Source of the DNA: Octopus vulgaris | Taxonomy: Eukaryota | Direction: 5' to 3' | DNA: 64,000 bases | NCBI GenBank assembly: GCA_951406725.2 | Contig: OX597839.1 | Span: 15,562,001 to 15,626,000 of the forward strand | Shown: piece after piece, positions 24,325 through 38,837 of the stretch | Layout: every line of letters begins with the position of its first letter | Position numbering within the stretch: position 1 is the first letter of the stretch | The notes under the pieces: generated by a model | Databases searched by the model: none | What the model saw: the letters and a program-made list of their open reading frames with translations, nothing else | What the model was told of the DNA's origin: nothing | Translations under genes and position numbers: made by a program

Positions 24325-26970
24325 GCAAGTAGAAAATAAAGATATAAAAGTTTTGTTGTATATGTCTATGTATATCTAAGTATGTCTGCACATGTTTATT
24401 TAGACATATCTAGATATATTAATTAAATACCATAAAGCATGATAATGAAACAGTTTAGTTTGTAAAAACATATTTAATATTTAAAACATATCTGTATGTC
24501 TGTATGCTTAAAACAAACATTTATCTATAGAATATACTGGACTTACATTCTTGCATATTTTCAGAGAGTTACTTAACTGTTAATGTAGCAATTTAAGATT
24601 CCCCTATCATGATTTGATGAAGATAACATTAAACTACCACTAATAAACAAATTATATATCATGCAGTCACTGACAAGGATGTGACAAATGCTAAAGTACC
24701 AAAAGATATTCTTGGCATAACCACAATATTATTGTTTTATATCAAAACTAAAATATATTTTAAACATATAAATGTTATTAACATTAAATATGTTCACATG
24801 TTCTGAACTGTTTGACCATCTTCATCTATCTCCATCATCATAATTTTGGTTTCAGGTTCTTTTAATGGTTTTAATTGATGTAAGGCACTACCATCATTAT
24901 CATTTCAAAATTGCAGGGGTTTTTTTTTTTCTGGTTTACCTTAAATTCTATCTGTGCTTTCTTTCTATCACTCTCTGAAAATAAGTCAAGGTAGAACAGA
25001 GATTAAATGCACTGATTTTCATTTAGTCTTTGTATTTGATATCATAAAGGGCAGTGAAGGACAGAACTGGTAGAATGACAGACAAAAATACTGCACAGTT
25101 AGTTATGTCTCCTTGTCTTCAGAGTTCAAATCCCATCAGGATCAAGACAGGGTCTCTGAAACAAGTGTCAAAGAAGTATTTCATTCAGTTATATCAACTG
25201 CACTCTCCCAAAAAATTTGATAGAAATGATTATTATTGTGAAAAATAATGTCTTATGTTATTAAGCAATCAAACCCTATAACATATTGGACTATCATCAG
25301 TCTTTTTGTGAACGCTTGTGGTTAATTAAAAAAAAGCAGCAGTAGTAGTAGTTAAGAAGTTCACTTCTGAAGTACATGGTTTAGGGTTCAGCCTCAGTGT
25401 GACAGCTTGAGTAAGTGTCTTCTACTAGAGCCTTGGGCCAATTAAAGTCATTTAAGTGGATTTAAAAAAACAAAAAACTCTCCTTCCCAAGTCATGTAGG
25501 CTCATAGGGCCAATCTCCTGGATTCTCTGGTATATGTAATCCCCACTGAATGAGACACCACTTTGTGGCAGGAATACTCATTTTTGCCAGCTAAGTGAAC
25601 AGGAGGAACATGAAATGAAATGTTTTACTCAAGAATTGCCTGGTCCAGGAATAGAGACCACAATGTTTATGATCATGAGTCCAACACCCTAACCACTAAA
25701 CCAAGTACCTTACCTCCACTAAGTGAATGTTATACTTAGAAACTGAAAGAAGCTTGTTATATATAATGTGCTTGTGTGTTTGTATATATGTACCTGTACA
25801 TATATGAGTGTGTTTCTGTCTCCCTGTCTTGACTTCATGTGATAGTTGTAAATGAGCATCACTGTTCTACAAATATTATCCTTCGTTTCCAGTCTTCCAT
25901 GAAACTATATCCAGTCATGGGGAAATATTACTTAGCTTGGGAACAGATAAAGTTTAGTGACTGGAAGAGCATCCAGCCCTAGCAAATCTACTTCGCTGAG
26001 TTCCATCTAAGTCATGCAAACATGGGAAAGTAAGCATTGAAACAATGATTATATGTATATTAAAAGAGTGAGAGGTAGGCATGGTTATGTAGATACATCA
26101 TGATCATGTGTTTACAGGTACTATCTCAATGCATAGCACCGTGGCCAAGTGTTTGCTGTTGTAGCTTTGAGCCTACGAATGACTTGTGACAGAATATAAA
26201 GAAGATAATGCAAGTGAGAGGCATCAACAACTACCTCAGCTAATGACAAAAAGAAGTTATCTTTGTCACCATTGTCGTCATAGACATCATCGTCTTCATC
26301 ACCATCATTGCAACTGAGAAGTGAGGTTGAAAGGCAAAATTAACTCACTGGCAGGATGTATATTCAATACATAAGAATGTGAATATTTCAAAATATGCCA
26401 GAAGAAGAAGTAAATGTTCAGTGAAAAGATCCTAATATTTCTGTCTTCTAAATATTCAGTCTTCTAAGTAGCTCACTAATTCAATTTTAATTAAGTTAAA
26501 TGTTAATTAAAAAAATATGAATCTTCTATAAATATATAGATTGCTTTGAAATTTGATACACGTACTTTTGCAAAGAATTAGCTTACAAACACACAAACAT
26601 CTGTGAGATGATGTCATATGTACAGATAGATAGAGAGAGAGTTGGGTGTAAGCATATACATATGATATATATACATACTCCCAACATATATATATATTTA
26701 TATATATATATACAAATGCATTTGTGTGTGAGCATGTGTATGTGTAAATACACACATGCTCACACATAAATGCATTTGAATATGTATACATATGTCATGT
26801 GTGTATATATATTTACAATATATATAAATACTCATGTTCTGAGTTCTATTTTCCTGTTTACTCCACCAGCACTATTTACAATATAATGATAATGATGAAA
26901 TATATATTTAATATACTATATATATATATATATAGTATATATATATCTCGTTCAGAGATTTATTATTGCT

Positions 26971-27002
<32 letters not shown>

Positions 27003-27981
27003 ATATATAATATACACACACAGACACGCATATTTAATATAAGTATCTCTCTATATATCATCATCTCTTAACACCCATCTCCCATGCATGTTCCCACGTG
27101 CTTAAATTGTGTGTGTGTGTCTGTGTGAACATTTCAGTGTACAAACTAGAAGTAAAAGTACTTAGTACAGATATCATAAACTACTGAATAGGATGAAGGA
27201 ATAATTATAATCTCAGCTTATCAACTGATGAAAGCATATACATCTGTGTAAGCGTGTCTAGTAAACATACACTGAGGTACATAAAATTACTCTATGAAGG
27301 AGGTATCACTAAACAAACACACTCACACTCACATTTTTTGCTTCATATTTTAATTAAAAATGCACATGTATGTATATATATGTACATATATGGTATGCCA
27401 TCATCTTCATTTTCATATCCACTTTTCTATGTTTGCATGGGTCTGATGATAATTGTTGAGATAGATTTTCTATGGCTAGATGCCCATCCTGCTGTCAGCC
27501 CTCAACTGTTTGAAAGCAGAATAATATTTCCCCACGACCAAGTATATTTGCACAGAAGATTGGAAATAATGGTGATGCTCATTTACAATGTCAAGACTAG
27601 GAGACATATACATACATGTATATTTGGTAGGTTTTTTTTCACTTTCCATCTACCAAATCCATTCACAAGGCTTTGATTGTTCCAGAGCTTAGTAGAAGAC
27701 ACTTGACAAAAGTGCTTTGCAGTAGAATTGAACTCAAACTATGAGGTTGGGGACCAAACTTCTGAACCATACAGCCATGCCTGTGTCTAAATATATAGCA
27801 AAACAGATGAATGGGTTATCTGGTATTGCTATAATTGTTTCATTACAAGTCTTTATTGTGATATAAGTATAGTACAGTTAGGTGCGCAGTATGCACAACA
27901 TCCATAAGATTATGTAATGTTACACAGCTCTTTATTTATCAGACTACCAAATAAACAAGCAAGTTGTGACATGTTTATTAA

Positions 27982-28190
27982 CCCTTTAACATACAGATTA
28001 CTCTGTCAAATATAATGCTTATTTATTTTCATATTGTTTTGAGTTAATTAGCTTTGAGATTTCGATGATGTGGCTGTTGTATTTTTAAAATGACATTGTA
28101 GAGTATGTGTGAGAAGTCAAATCTGGTCAGTTTGAACATAAAGCATGTAGAATATTTGAGCCAGTTATGGCCAGTTTAAATGCTTTAGGG
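27982..28190. mobile_element. piggyBac-type MITE
   Basis: TTAA|CCCTTTAAC ... GCTTTAGGG|TTAA termini with TTAA TSD. Confidence 0.7.
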
Positions 28191-29568
28191 TTAATCAATA
28201 TGTCACTCCTTGTTTGTTTATTTGGTAGCTTGATACGTTAAGAGCTGTGTAACATGTTACATTATTTTATGGCTATTGTGTATTATGCTTACATCACAAT
28301 AAAGACTTGTAACGAAACAATTATAGCAATACCGAATAATCAAGTCATTGCTTTTATTGCTTTTACACCATGCTTAAGGTTTCCCTCCTCGTTGGATACT
28401 TTTGGGATTGTGGTTTACCTAACTAGAGAGAACTACTCTTCATTGATGCATCCTGTGCTATGATAATGGATCAATTGTCTGTTTTGCATCATTGTCTTGC
28501 TAATTTGTAGTGTGTTTCACTTTGATGTCTCAATCCTTTTATGGATCCCCTATAATCAAAACTATAATACATGCCATAATCATCTTTAATGCCCATCTTC
28601 CATGCTGACATGGGGATGAATAGTTTTACAGGATTCAACCTATCCAAGGACTGTGTCATGCTTTGGCATGGTATCTTGGATATGTGTCTTCAACTGCAGC
28701 TTCAGGATAACTAATAAGTGTAAACTATGGTAAACTAAAAAGTTCAGCTGTAGAATAGAGCCTCAAGAAGCCTCATCCAACCTATGCCAACATATATATA
28801 ATGCATACACACACACAGACACACTTGCATGCACACACACTCACAGTCACAGGGTATGTCAGTTATTTGGGGACAAAACAAATCACAAAGAAAAACAAGA
28901 TATGAAATAAAAAAAGCAACACCCTCTCAGAAAACTGGTTCATATGTTCACCTAGACACATCAGGGAGACAAGTCATTGCACAAAACTAACTTCATCCCC
29001 AATGACGGTTCTTACATGGCCACAGAAGTGACTGCTGGCCAGAATCAAGTGAGCTTGTTTATTCCAGCCTTGACACTCATGACTGATGGCAGCCTCCAAT
29101 AAGTTCTTTGCACTGTAAAAGTGTTGGAAGGTCTCTTTTCATGATGACATCACAGATACAGCGGTCACGAGATTGTCTCTTACGCATGGGCTTCATGATG
29201 GGTGAAAGACATAGAGAGATAAGGAAGTTGGCAGAGGAATGGAACGTTGATACATATGTATATCATCTGCTGCGTTTGTGCCTTTGAAAATGTTTGGAAT
29301 AAAAGATTTTGTTTGCAAAACAATGTTTCAATGATATGGTCATCTAACCCATGCTAGCATTAAAAAAAAAGAGCAAATGTAAAAATAAACATATGAATCC
29401 ACTAGCACACCTATGACACTATTGTTTATTCCAGTAATTTCAAAGTATATTGAAGCTGCCAGGGTATAAACAAGTGTACATGAAAATCAGACAAAGACGA
29501 TATACCAAGATGGAAATAGGAAAACTACAAAACAAACCATGCAATATAAGTTGTTTTTCAATTTAAAC

Positions 29569-29786
29569 CAGTGGTTCTCAACTATGTTTTGCCTATGGAC
29601 CCCTTTAATTCCTATTTTACTCCAGTGGACCCTCATAGTCTTTCAGTGTTTAGGAATTGTATAAAAAGATTGTTAAAATATTATGTGTATTGTTGAAGTA
29701 TAACCAATTTATTGCACACAAATTTTTAACAATAAAATCTTATGTGAGTGCCCAAAGGTCATTCAGACCCCAATTGAGTACCATTG
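29569..29786. mobile_element. hAT MITE, same family as 10305-10561
   Basis: CAGTGGTTCTCAA / TTGAGTACCATTG termini; TSD ATTTAAAC/ACCTAAAC; shared internal sequence. Confidence 0.75.
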
Positions 29787-31249
29787 ACCTAAACAATAAA
29801 TTTGAGGTAAGTTGTGCAAATAATGGTAAAAAAATTTGATACAAAATGAACAAGGAAACATAAAAATAGTCTGTGAACATAAATGATATATTTCAGACAA
29901 CTTGCACAAAGTAAAACAATGAGAGAAATTAGTAATGAGCCTTTCAGTGTTAGAAAAGAAACAAGCCAAGAGCAAAAAGCCAACACATCCAATCACTGCA
30001 ATGGTCAAGAGAAGAAAAAACTTACAGAAGGAAAACAGGAAGTTGGTGGGTAGGAGAGGAAGATAGTGATACCTTGTGAAAAGAGAGAGAAAGATGAGGT
30101 AGTAGATGATGACTGGAAAGAGAGAAGGAATGTTGCAGCAACATTGGGTTCTAAGAGATACTGACATAGGAAAATAAAAGTGGTGCACTACAGCAGGATG
30201 TAGGACATAGAGAAAAGGCCTGTAACTGAGACATACAGAATGGAGAGAAATGGGTGGATGGTAACTGGCTGTGAGACAGTGAGAGATTTGTAGATAGATT
30301 GGGAAATAGATTTTGTTTCACTCATTAGACTGTGACCATGCTGGGGCGTCTAGAAATATATTTAGATAGATTAGTAGATAGTGGTGTAATATTTTGTAAT
30401 CCTAACCTATCCATTTTAACTTATTTTCCATAACATTTAGATTATATTTTATCTTTTCTAAGTAGTATTTAACATTTTTTCATTAAATAATGTATAAAAC
30501 ATTTTTTTACTAAGTTCCATAATTCCAAAGTAATTTGAACTTGTAATATTTAAATAGATAGTGTTTTGATGCTGCCATCTGCAGGTAATTTGCTTTATCT
30601 CTGAATCTCCTATTTCCCATTACATCAGATGAAATTATAAAAAGTCTATTTCTAATTAATTTTTTGAGGTTTTATTAATAATATTGCTTTTCATTTTTAG
30701 TAATTCTGAAAATAGATAAATCTATTTTCAAATATATTTCTATGATATTAAATTGTGCAGTAGTTTTTTAACTGAAAATTAATTTTTTTCTTTTTACATT
30801 TTTCTCTATAACTTACACTTTTTTGAAAACTAATAATTTGATATTTAAATTATTTCTATGGATCATTACATTTTGTGATATTTTTTTTAAATACTTAATT
30901 TCTAAAAACAAGAGTAGCAATATTCTGAGGACAGTTGTCATGCTGATGATGTCTATTGAGGTAGAAACACGTATCCACAGCTAGAAAAACTCTTATATAT
31001 TTGCAAGGCGGCCTTCTCTTTCATCACGACCTGGTGGTTACCGCCCATTGACAAGGGACAAAAAATCCCGAAACTAGTCCGAGCGTATCACTCAGGCTTG
31101 CGAGGAAGGGATGGCCTCCCTTTGCAAATACTTCAAGGGCACTGAAATGGTGTCTAAAGCCAGCTGGAGACGACGATCTCCTGGGGCTATAAAGCTACAG
31201 TAACACCCCCTCCCCTATGTGGTTAGCCATGTTAAGATGGTTTCTATAC

Positions 31250-32341
<1,092 letters not shown>

Positions 32342-32438
32342 TGATTGATTGATTGATTGATTGATTGATTCTAGTTTCAGCTTATGAGCTGTGGCCATGC
32401 TGGGGCACCGCCATTTGGTGTTGCTACTTGGTTTCACT

Positions 32439-35400
32439 TCATGGAGGCTTTCTAGCAACTGCTATTTGGTGCATGAGAGAGTTCGATGCAGCTGCCCTCA
32501 TCTGCCCCTCCTGCCGTGAAGTTGGTTCATCTGGGACACCTGACAGGAAGAGATCCAGCTTCATTTTAAAGACATCTGTATCCACCCCATGCAGGTCTCT
32601 CAGGTTCTTCGGGAGGATATTGAAGAGCTGTGGGCCTCGGAAGCCCAGGCTATCACAGAATCTTGTCCTACATCTTGATGGCAGGTTTGGAGTCCTAGGC
32701 ACCACGCAGTGGCGCCCAGTTCTGGCATTTGCGTAACTCTCGATGCCAAAGTTCAGGACACTTCCCTCCAGGATCTTCCAGATGTATATTATGGCATATC
32801 TTTCCCGCCTACGCTCCAGGGAATATAATTTTAATCTCTTGAGTCTTTCCCAGTAGCTTACATTCTGCATAGAGGCTATCTTCTTTGTGTAGCTTCGTTG
32901 GATCGCTTCACGTTCTGTGATCAACTTGACACTGGATGGTGACCATAGCTGAGAGCAATAGTCAAAGTGGCTTAGGACAAGTGTCTTCCAGAGGACCATC
33001 ATGGTTTCTTGTTCTCTTGTTCTAAAGGTTCTAAGAATCCATCCAGCCAGCCGTCTACATTTCATTGTCAGTTTAGCAACATGTACATGAAAGGTCGCGT
33101 CATCACTCATGTGAATACCAAGGTCACGCACTGATTGTGTCTCTGGGATTGCAATCCCTCCGGGTCCAGTGTATTCATTGGGTATTGCATTCAGTTTTGC
33201 ATGCTGATAGTATAAAGCTTGAAACTTTCCAGCATTGAACTGCATGCTATTCTTTTCAGCCCACTTGTATATTTCGTCCAGCTCACATTGCAGGTGTTTA
33301 GTGTCCTCAGGGTTCTGTATTGCCTGTGAGACTTTTGTATCATCTGCATAACTTGTGATCGTGGCTCTCTGCGTGGCTGAGGGCATGTCTGAGAGGGCCA
33401 TTATGAACAGTAGTGGTCCCAGAACAGTGCCCTGCGGAACACCGCTCACTATTTGTGTGTTAATGGAGGTGGCCCCATTGGCTACTACCACCTGACTTCT
33501 ATCCTTCAGAAAGTCATGAAGCCATTCTCCCAGTTTTCCAACTATGTTGAGATCACGCAGTTTGTGACATATCATTCCATGATCGACTTTATCAAAGGCC
33601 TTTGCAAAGTCGAGATATATCACTTCCACATTTGAGTGGTTGAGCAGCCGTTTCAGCACCCAGTCATAGTGTTGTAGGAGCTGAGTTAAACAGCTTCTCC
33701 CTGGTCGGAAACCATGTTGGGTGTCGGGCAGCAAGTCATTCTCTTCAAGGAAGGTGATCAGCTTCCTTCTGACTATTCGTTCCATGACCTTGCTGATGTG
33801 TGAGGTCAGAGAGATAGGTCTATAGTTCTTGGCTTCCGCTCTGCTACCTCCTTTATGAATGGGGCATATTTTACCTTCCTTCAGTTTTCCTGGAAGTTTG
33901 CCAGCTGCAAGGAAGCTCTGAAAGAGGAACTGCAGTGGTCTTGCTAGGACTCTCTTACATGCTTTTAGGAGGATTGCCGGGAATCCATCGGGGCCAGTAG
34001 CTGAGTCTGTTTTCATTTCATCTATAGCCTTGGTTACATCGTCTTCCTTTATATCGATGTAATCTATCGTCGCCGCCTCTGATTTTATATCTGCAGTGGT
34101 AAAAAAGTCAGTTGGATTGGTGATTTGGAGATGCCCAAGGGGTGGAGTGAAAACACTCTTGAATTGCTCATTCAGTATTTCACTTACCCTCATTGGTTTT
34201 CCTGTAAGTGTGCCATCCTTTTCGAGGAGTGGCCCTATTCTACAGTGCACTGTAGCTGTTTCTTTGGCATACCTGTAGAAAGCTCTGGGGTTAGATTTTA
34301 TGTTTTCTATAGCCCAGGCTTCTTTGTCTGCTCTTTCTTTTTCATGGGAGAGTTGCAGACATTTTTCGATTTCCAACAGTTTTATTTTTAGGCGGGACTT
34401 TTCACTGCTTTCAATCTGTTTGTTTAGGTGATTTGAAAATTTCGTACGCCGTCTCATTAAAATTTTCCTCTCTCTGGGGATTTTGTTCTTGTGTACAGTG
34501 GCCTTTCTCTCTGGGACACATTTGTAGCATATGGCTTGCATTACAGACATGAATTGTTGAAGTTTCACGTCGATGTCTGGCGAGGAGAGACATTCAGGCC
34601 AGTTTTGTTTGAGGATCTCTTTCTCAATTTGTTTCCAGTTTGCCATATGGTAGTTCAAGCTGGAAAGATTTTGAGGGTTTCTTGTAGGCTGCATGTCCGT
34701 GCTCTCTTTTGGCCCGTACATGGTCAGCTCTATCATGTTGTGATCCGAGAGTAGTGTCGGTGTCACTTTCACATTATGGATGAGATCCATGTCATTTGTG
34801 AAGCAGAGATCCAGTGTGTTACCTGCCCTGGTTGGTTGAAGTATTACCTGCTCCATGTACAGGGTGTTGATGAGGTTCAGGAGGGACCTCGCCTGTCCTC
34901 GTTCACATCTTGTCATTCCTGGGAGAGAAAGGCCCTCGGGCCATCTGACATTGGGCAGATTGAAGTCTCCCATAAGAAGCACACCTATGTGTTGTTCTAA
35001 TGTGGTTAGAATTTCTTCTATTTTTATAAGGCAGTCTTCGAACTTGCCCACATGGCTTGGGGCATCTGGAGGGTGATATGTAGCACACACAACTACATCA
35101 AGTTGCCTAATATGTACAATTAGTGTGTCACACACCGAGTTTGAGTATGACAAGAGGACCTGGGGTGTGAGGTCCTCACGGATGTACATAGCAACACCTC
35201 CATGACTCCTTTCTTTCCTGTCGGTCCGTAGTACAGCATACTGTGGTATGTGTAACTCCGCATCTGCTATGTCCGGTTTCAGGTGCGTTTCTGTAAGTGC
35301 TATGCATAAGGCTTGATTGCATGCAACAAAGTCTCTCAGGAACGGGATCTTTGTCCTGTTACTGAGTGTTTGCAGTCCTCTGATGTTCAGTAGGAGTATC

Positions 35401-35543
35401 GAGGTGAGGTGTACGTTGTTGCCGGCGGTGTCCATCCTGTGTCTGTTTGCTGTGGTGGTCTGGTATATAGTGGGTAGTCCCACCTGCGGGCTTGGGTTTG
35501 ATGAAGCCAGGTCAGCTGCTGTACAATCTTTTGTGCCATGCAC
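32439..35543 (-). CDS. LINE ORF2: apurinic-like endonuclease + reverse transcriptase
   Basis: APE motifs LNIRGL, LTETHL, GGVAMY, MGDFNLP, TLDLCF, LSDHN; RT motifs [44 protein letters not shown]; CR1-group LYSLERRR. True start uncertain. Confidence 0.95.
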   Translation of the reverse strand: MHGTKDCTAADLASSNPSPQVGLPTIYQTTTANRHRMDTAGNNVHLTSILLLNIRGLQTLSNRTKIPFLRDFVACNQALCIALTETHLKPDIADAELHIPQYAVLRTDRKERSHGGVAMYIREDLTPQVLLSYSNSVCDTLIVHIRQLDVVVCATYHPPDAPSHVGKFEDCLIKIEEILTTLEQHIGVLLMGDFNLPNVRWPEGLSLPGMTRCERGQARSLLNLINTLYMEQVILQPTRAGNTLDLCFTNDMDLIHNVKVTPTLLSDHNMIELTMYGPKESTDMQPTRNPQNLSSLNYHMANWKQIEKEILKQNWPECLSSPDIDVKLQQFMSVMQAICYKCVPERKATVHKNKIPRERKILMRRRTKFSNHLNKQIESSEKSRLKIKLLEIEKCLQLSHEKERADKEAWAIENIKSNPRAFYRYAKETATVHCRIGPLLEKDGTLTGKPMRVSEILNEQFKSVFTPPLGHLQITNPTDFFTTADIKSEAATIDYIDIKEDDVTKAIDEMKTDSATGPDGFPAILLKACKRVLARPLQFLFQSFLAAGKLPGKLKEGKICPIHKGGSRAEAKNYRPISLTSHISKVMERIVRRKLITFLEENDLLPDTQHGFRPGRSCLTQLLQHYDWVLKRLLNHSNVEVIYLDFAKAFDKVDHGMICHKLRDLNIVGKLGEWLHDFLKDRSQVVVANGATSINTQIVSGVPQGTVLGPLLFIMALSDMPSATQRATITSYADDTKVSQAIQNPEDTKHLQCELDEIYKWAEKNSMQFNAGKFQALYYQHAKLNAIPNEYTGPGGIAIPETQSVRDLGIHMSDDATFHVHVAKLTMKCRRLAGWILRTFRTREQETMMVLWKTLVLSHFDYCSQLWSPSSVKLITEREAIQRSYTKKIASMQNVSYWERLKRLKLYSLERRRERYAIIYIWKILEGSVLNFGIESYANARTGRHCVVPRTPNLPSRCRTRFCDSLGFRGPQLFNILPKNLRDLHGVDTDVFKMKLDLFLSGVPDEPTSRQEGQMRAAASNSLMHQIAVARKPP

Positions 35544-36298
35544 AAAAAAGATTGTTGCTCAGCAGCTGCTCTTTCGACAACATCATGTTGGCTGTTTGTG
35601 GCGCGCACAACATCTGCGTACCTCCGCTTTGGGGCAGGTGGTGCGTAGTCCATCCCTTTTCTTTGTGCTGATGGTTTGTCCATCTGCCTCGTGTCTCTGT
35701 GGCAGGGTCCCCGATGTGCAAAGCGGCAGCCTGCACCTTCCTTTCCGTGCCAGCAGGAACCTCTCAGGTAGAACATACACACCCGTGTGCGCTGTTTGGT
35801 TCCATCCTTTGCGGTTCCACTTCTACTCCTGGTTGTTTCACTCTTTGGTCCTGCTTGAGCTTTTTCTTTTCCTTTAGCTCTTCCAGTCCTTCTTTTAGTT
35901 CTTCTTCCTCCCTCTACCTCTTCACCGGGTTCTCCGTCTCCATGGCCCTTGCTGCCGGTTGGAGAACTTGCACCTGGGTTCACTTCCCGGGCAGGTTTCT
36001 CATTCAAAACCTCCTCCTGGGCGTCCACCAGGTGGGGGTGACTTCTTTCATCGTCTCCATTCTTGCCATCTTTGCCCCGCTCGTTCTCAAAGATGGCATC
36101 AAGTGCGCCAATGTGCGACCGTACAAGCGCATATGAGCGCACGAATTCCTGTCTCTTTCGCTCCATCTGAGCCGCTGTCCTCTTGTAGCCTCTGCTCTTC
36201 AGCGCAGCCGCAATCACCTCGCTAGGGCTATCTCCGCCGGCGCACTCCCATGCTCGTACGAATAAATCCAGCTCGTCACATCTCCATGCTCTGGACAT
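35387..36298 (-). CDS. LINE ORF1: Myb/SANT-like (trihelix) domain + CCCH zinc finger
   Basis: W..DE..LF..AW...IAAALKSRGYKRTAAQMERK.....RSY; CMFYLRGSCWHGKEGAGCRFAH (C-x7-C-x8-C-x3-H). Confidence 0.85.
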   Translation of the reverse strand: MSRAWRCDELDLFVRAWECAGGDSPSEVIAAALKSRGYKRTAAQMERKRQEFVRSYALVRSHIGALDAIFENERGKDGKNGDDERSHPHLVDAQEEVLNEKPAREVNPGASSPTGSKGHGDGEPGEEVEGGRRTKRRTGRAKGKEKAQAGPKSETTRSRSGTAKDGTKQRTRVCMFYLRGSCWHGKEGAGCRFAHRGPCHRDTRQMDKPSAQRKGMDYAPPAPKRRYADVVRATNSQHDVVERAAAEQQSFLCMAQKIVQQLTWLHQTQARRWDYPLYTRPPQQTDTGWTPPATTYTSPRYSY

Positions 36299-36354
36299 GC
36301 TGGATAATCCGTCTATCCGTTTATCTATCTAATTATGTTCGAGAGAAGACAGGA

Positions 36355-37460
36355 AGATATTAAGGCTAATTAGAAGATAGAGTACTTGAAAAAGAAATAT
36401 TAACAATATTAAAGTTTGTGTAAAAACGTTATTTGGGTAAAAACGTTATTTAATCTTAAGGCTAATTAGGAGATAGAGTATCTGAAAATATATTAGCAAT
36501 ATTAATATTATATTAGAGTGTGGGTAAAAAAACGTTATTTAATCTTAAGGCTAATTTGGAGATAGAGTATCTGAAAATATATTAGCAATATTAATATTAT
36601 ATTAGAGTGTGGGTAATATTAAACGTTATTTAATTTAATCTTAAGGCAAATTAGAAGACAGAGTATCTGAAAAATTATATATACAATATTAAGCAATATT
36701 AACCGTTATTTAATTTAATCTTAAGGCTAATTAGGCGTTATTAATATTAAACGTTATTTAATTTAATCTTAAGGCTAATTAGAAGATAGAGTATCTGAAA
36801 ATATATTAGCAATATTAATATTATATTAGAGTGTGGATAAAAACGTTATTTAATCTTAAGGCTAATCAGGAGATAGAGTATCTGAAAATATATTAGCAAT
36901 GTTAATATTATATTAGAGTGTGGGTAATATTAAACGTTATTTAATTTAATCTTAAGGCTAATTAGAAGATAGAGTATCTGAAGAAGTATTAACAATATTA
37001 AAACAATATTAAACGTTATTTAATTTAATCTTAAGGCTAATTAACAATAATTATTAACAATATTAAACGTTATTTAATTTAATCCTAAGGCTAATTAAAC
37101 AATAATTATTAACAATATTAGACAATATTAAACGTTATTTAATTTAATCTTAAGGCTAATTAACAGTAATTATTAACAATATTAAACAATATTAAACGTT
37201 ATTTAATTTAATCCTAAGGCTAATTACCAATAATTATTAACAATATTAAACGTTATTTAATTTAATCCTAAGGCTAATTAGACGTTATTAATATTAAACG
37301 TTATTTAATTTAATCTTAAGGCTAATTAACAATAATTATTAACAATATTAAACTATATTAAACGTTATTTAATTTAATCCTAAGGCTAATTTGACGGTAT
37401 CAATATTAAACGTTATTTAATTTAATCTTAAGGCTAATTAGAAGATAGAGTATCTGGAAA
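36355..37460 (-). repeat. Tandem monomer array in the LINE 5' UTR
   Basis: Recurrent core AAACGTTATTTAATTTAATC(T/C)TAAGGCTAATT with variable spacers; repeated at 42430-43445. Confidence 0.9.
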
Positions 37461-37736
37461 ATTATTATATCGAGAACAGTTATTGAAAATGTAAACAAAC
37501 CAAATGAGGATCGCAAATTTAACTAAGATTTGGGCCTAAGTGAAAGATAAAATAGAATAATAAATAAAATATGAAATAGATGAAATTGATACTTAATCCA
37601 ACAATATGTATATATATATATAAATATGTATATATATATATGTATATATATATGTATGTATATATATATATATGTATGTATATATATATATGTATATATA
37701 TGTGTATATATATATATGTATATATACATATGTATC

Positions 37737-37769
<33 letters not shown>

Positions 37770-37786
37770 GTGTATCTATATATATG

Positions 37787-37969
<183 letters not shown>

Positions 37970-37994
37970 GTATATATATATGTATATATATATG

Positions 37995-38057
<63 letters not shown>

Positions 38058-38060
38058 GTG

Positions 38061-38131
<71 letters not shown>

Positions 38132-38278
38132 GTATATATATATATGTGTATATATATATGTGTGTATATATATATGTGTATATATATATATGTGTATCTA
38201 TATATGTGTATCTATATATATGTGTATCTATATATGTGTATCTATATATATGTGTATCTATATATATGTGTATCTATA

Positions 38279-38351
<73 letters not shown>

Positions 38352-38499
38352 GTATATATATATATGTATATATATATGTATATATATATATATGTATATA
38401 TATGTATATATATATGTATATATATATGTATATATATATATGTATATATATGTATGTATATATATATGTATATATATGTATGTATATATATATATATGC

Positions 38500-38555
<56 letters not shown>

Positions 38556-38680
38556 GTGTATATATATATGTGTATATATATATGTGTATATATATATGTG
38601 TATATATATATGTATGTATATATATATATGTATGTATATATATATATGTATATATATATATGTATGTATATATATATATG

Positions 38681-38815
<135 letters not shown>

Positions 38816-38837
38816 GTATATGTATATATATATGTAT

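Larger units (their letters stand above)
32342..37604 (-). mobile_element. Full-length CR1-group LINE, copy 1 (~5.26 kb)
   Basis: Tandem-repeat 5' UTR, ORF1, intact APE-RT ORF2, short 3' UTR and (AATC)n tail; (TA)n at both ends. Confidence 0.93.

Noticed and set aside
33986-35584. Copy 3 deletion as a spliced-out intron
   Set aside because: No AG at the acceptor side on the sense strand; microhomology explains it better.
32365-36225. Plus-strand ORFs of 60-186 aa within the LINE
   Set aside because: Antisense shadows of ORF1/ORF2; they recur only because the element is duplicated.
36355-37460. Repeat-spacer appearance suggestive of a CRISPR array
   Set aside because: Spacers are homologous to each other, the context is a eukaryotic LINE 5' UTR, and there are no cas genes.
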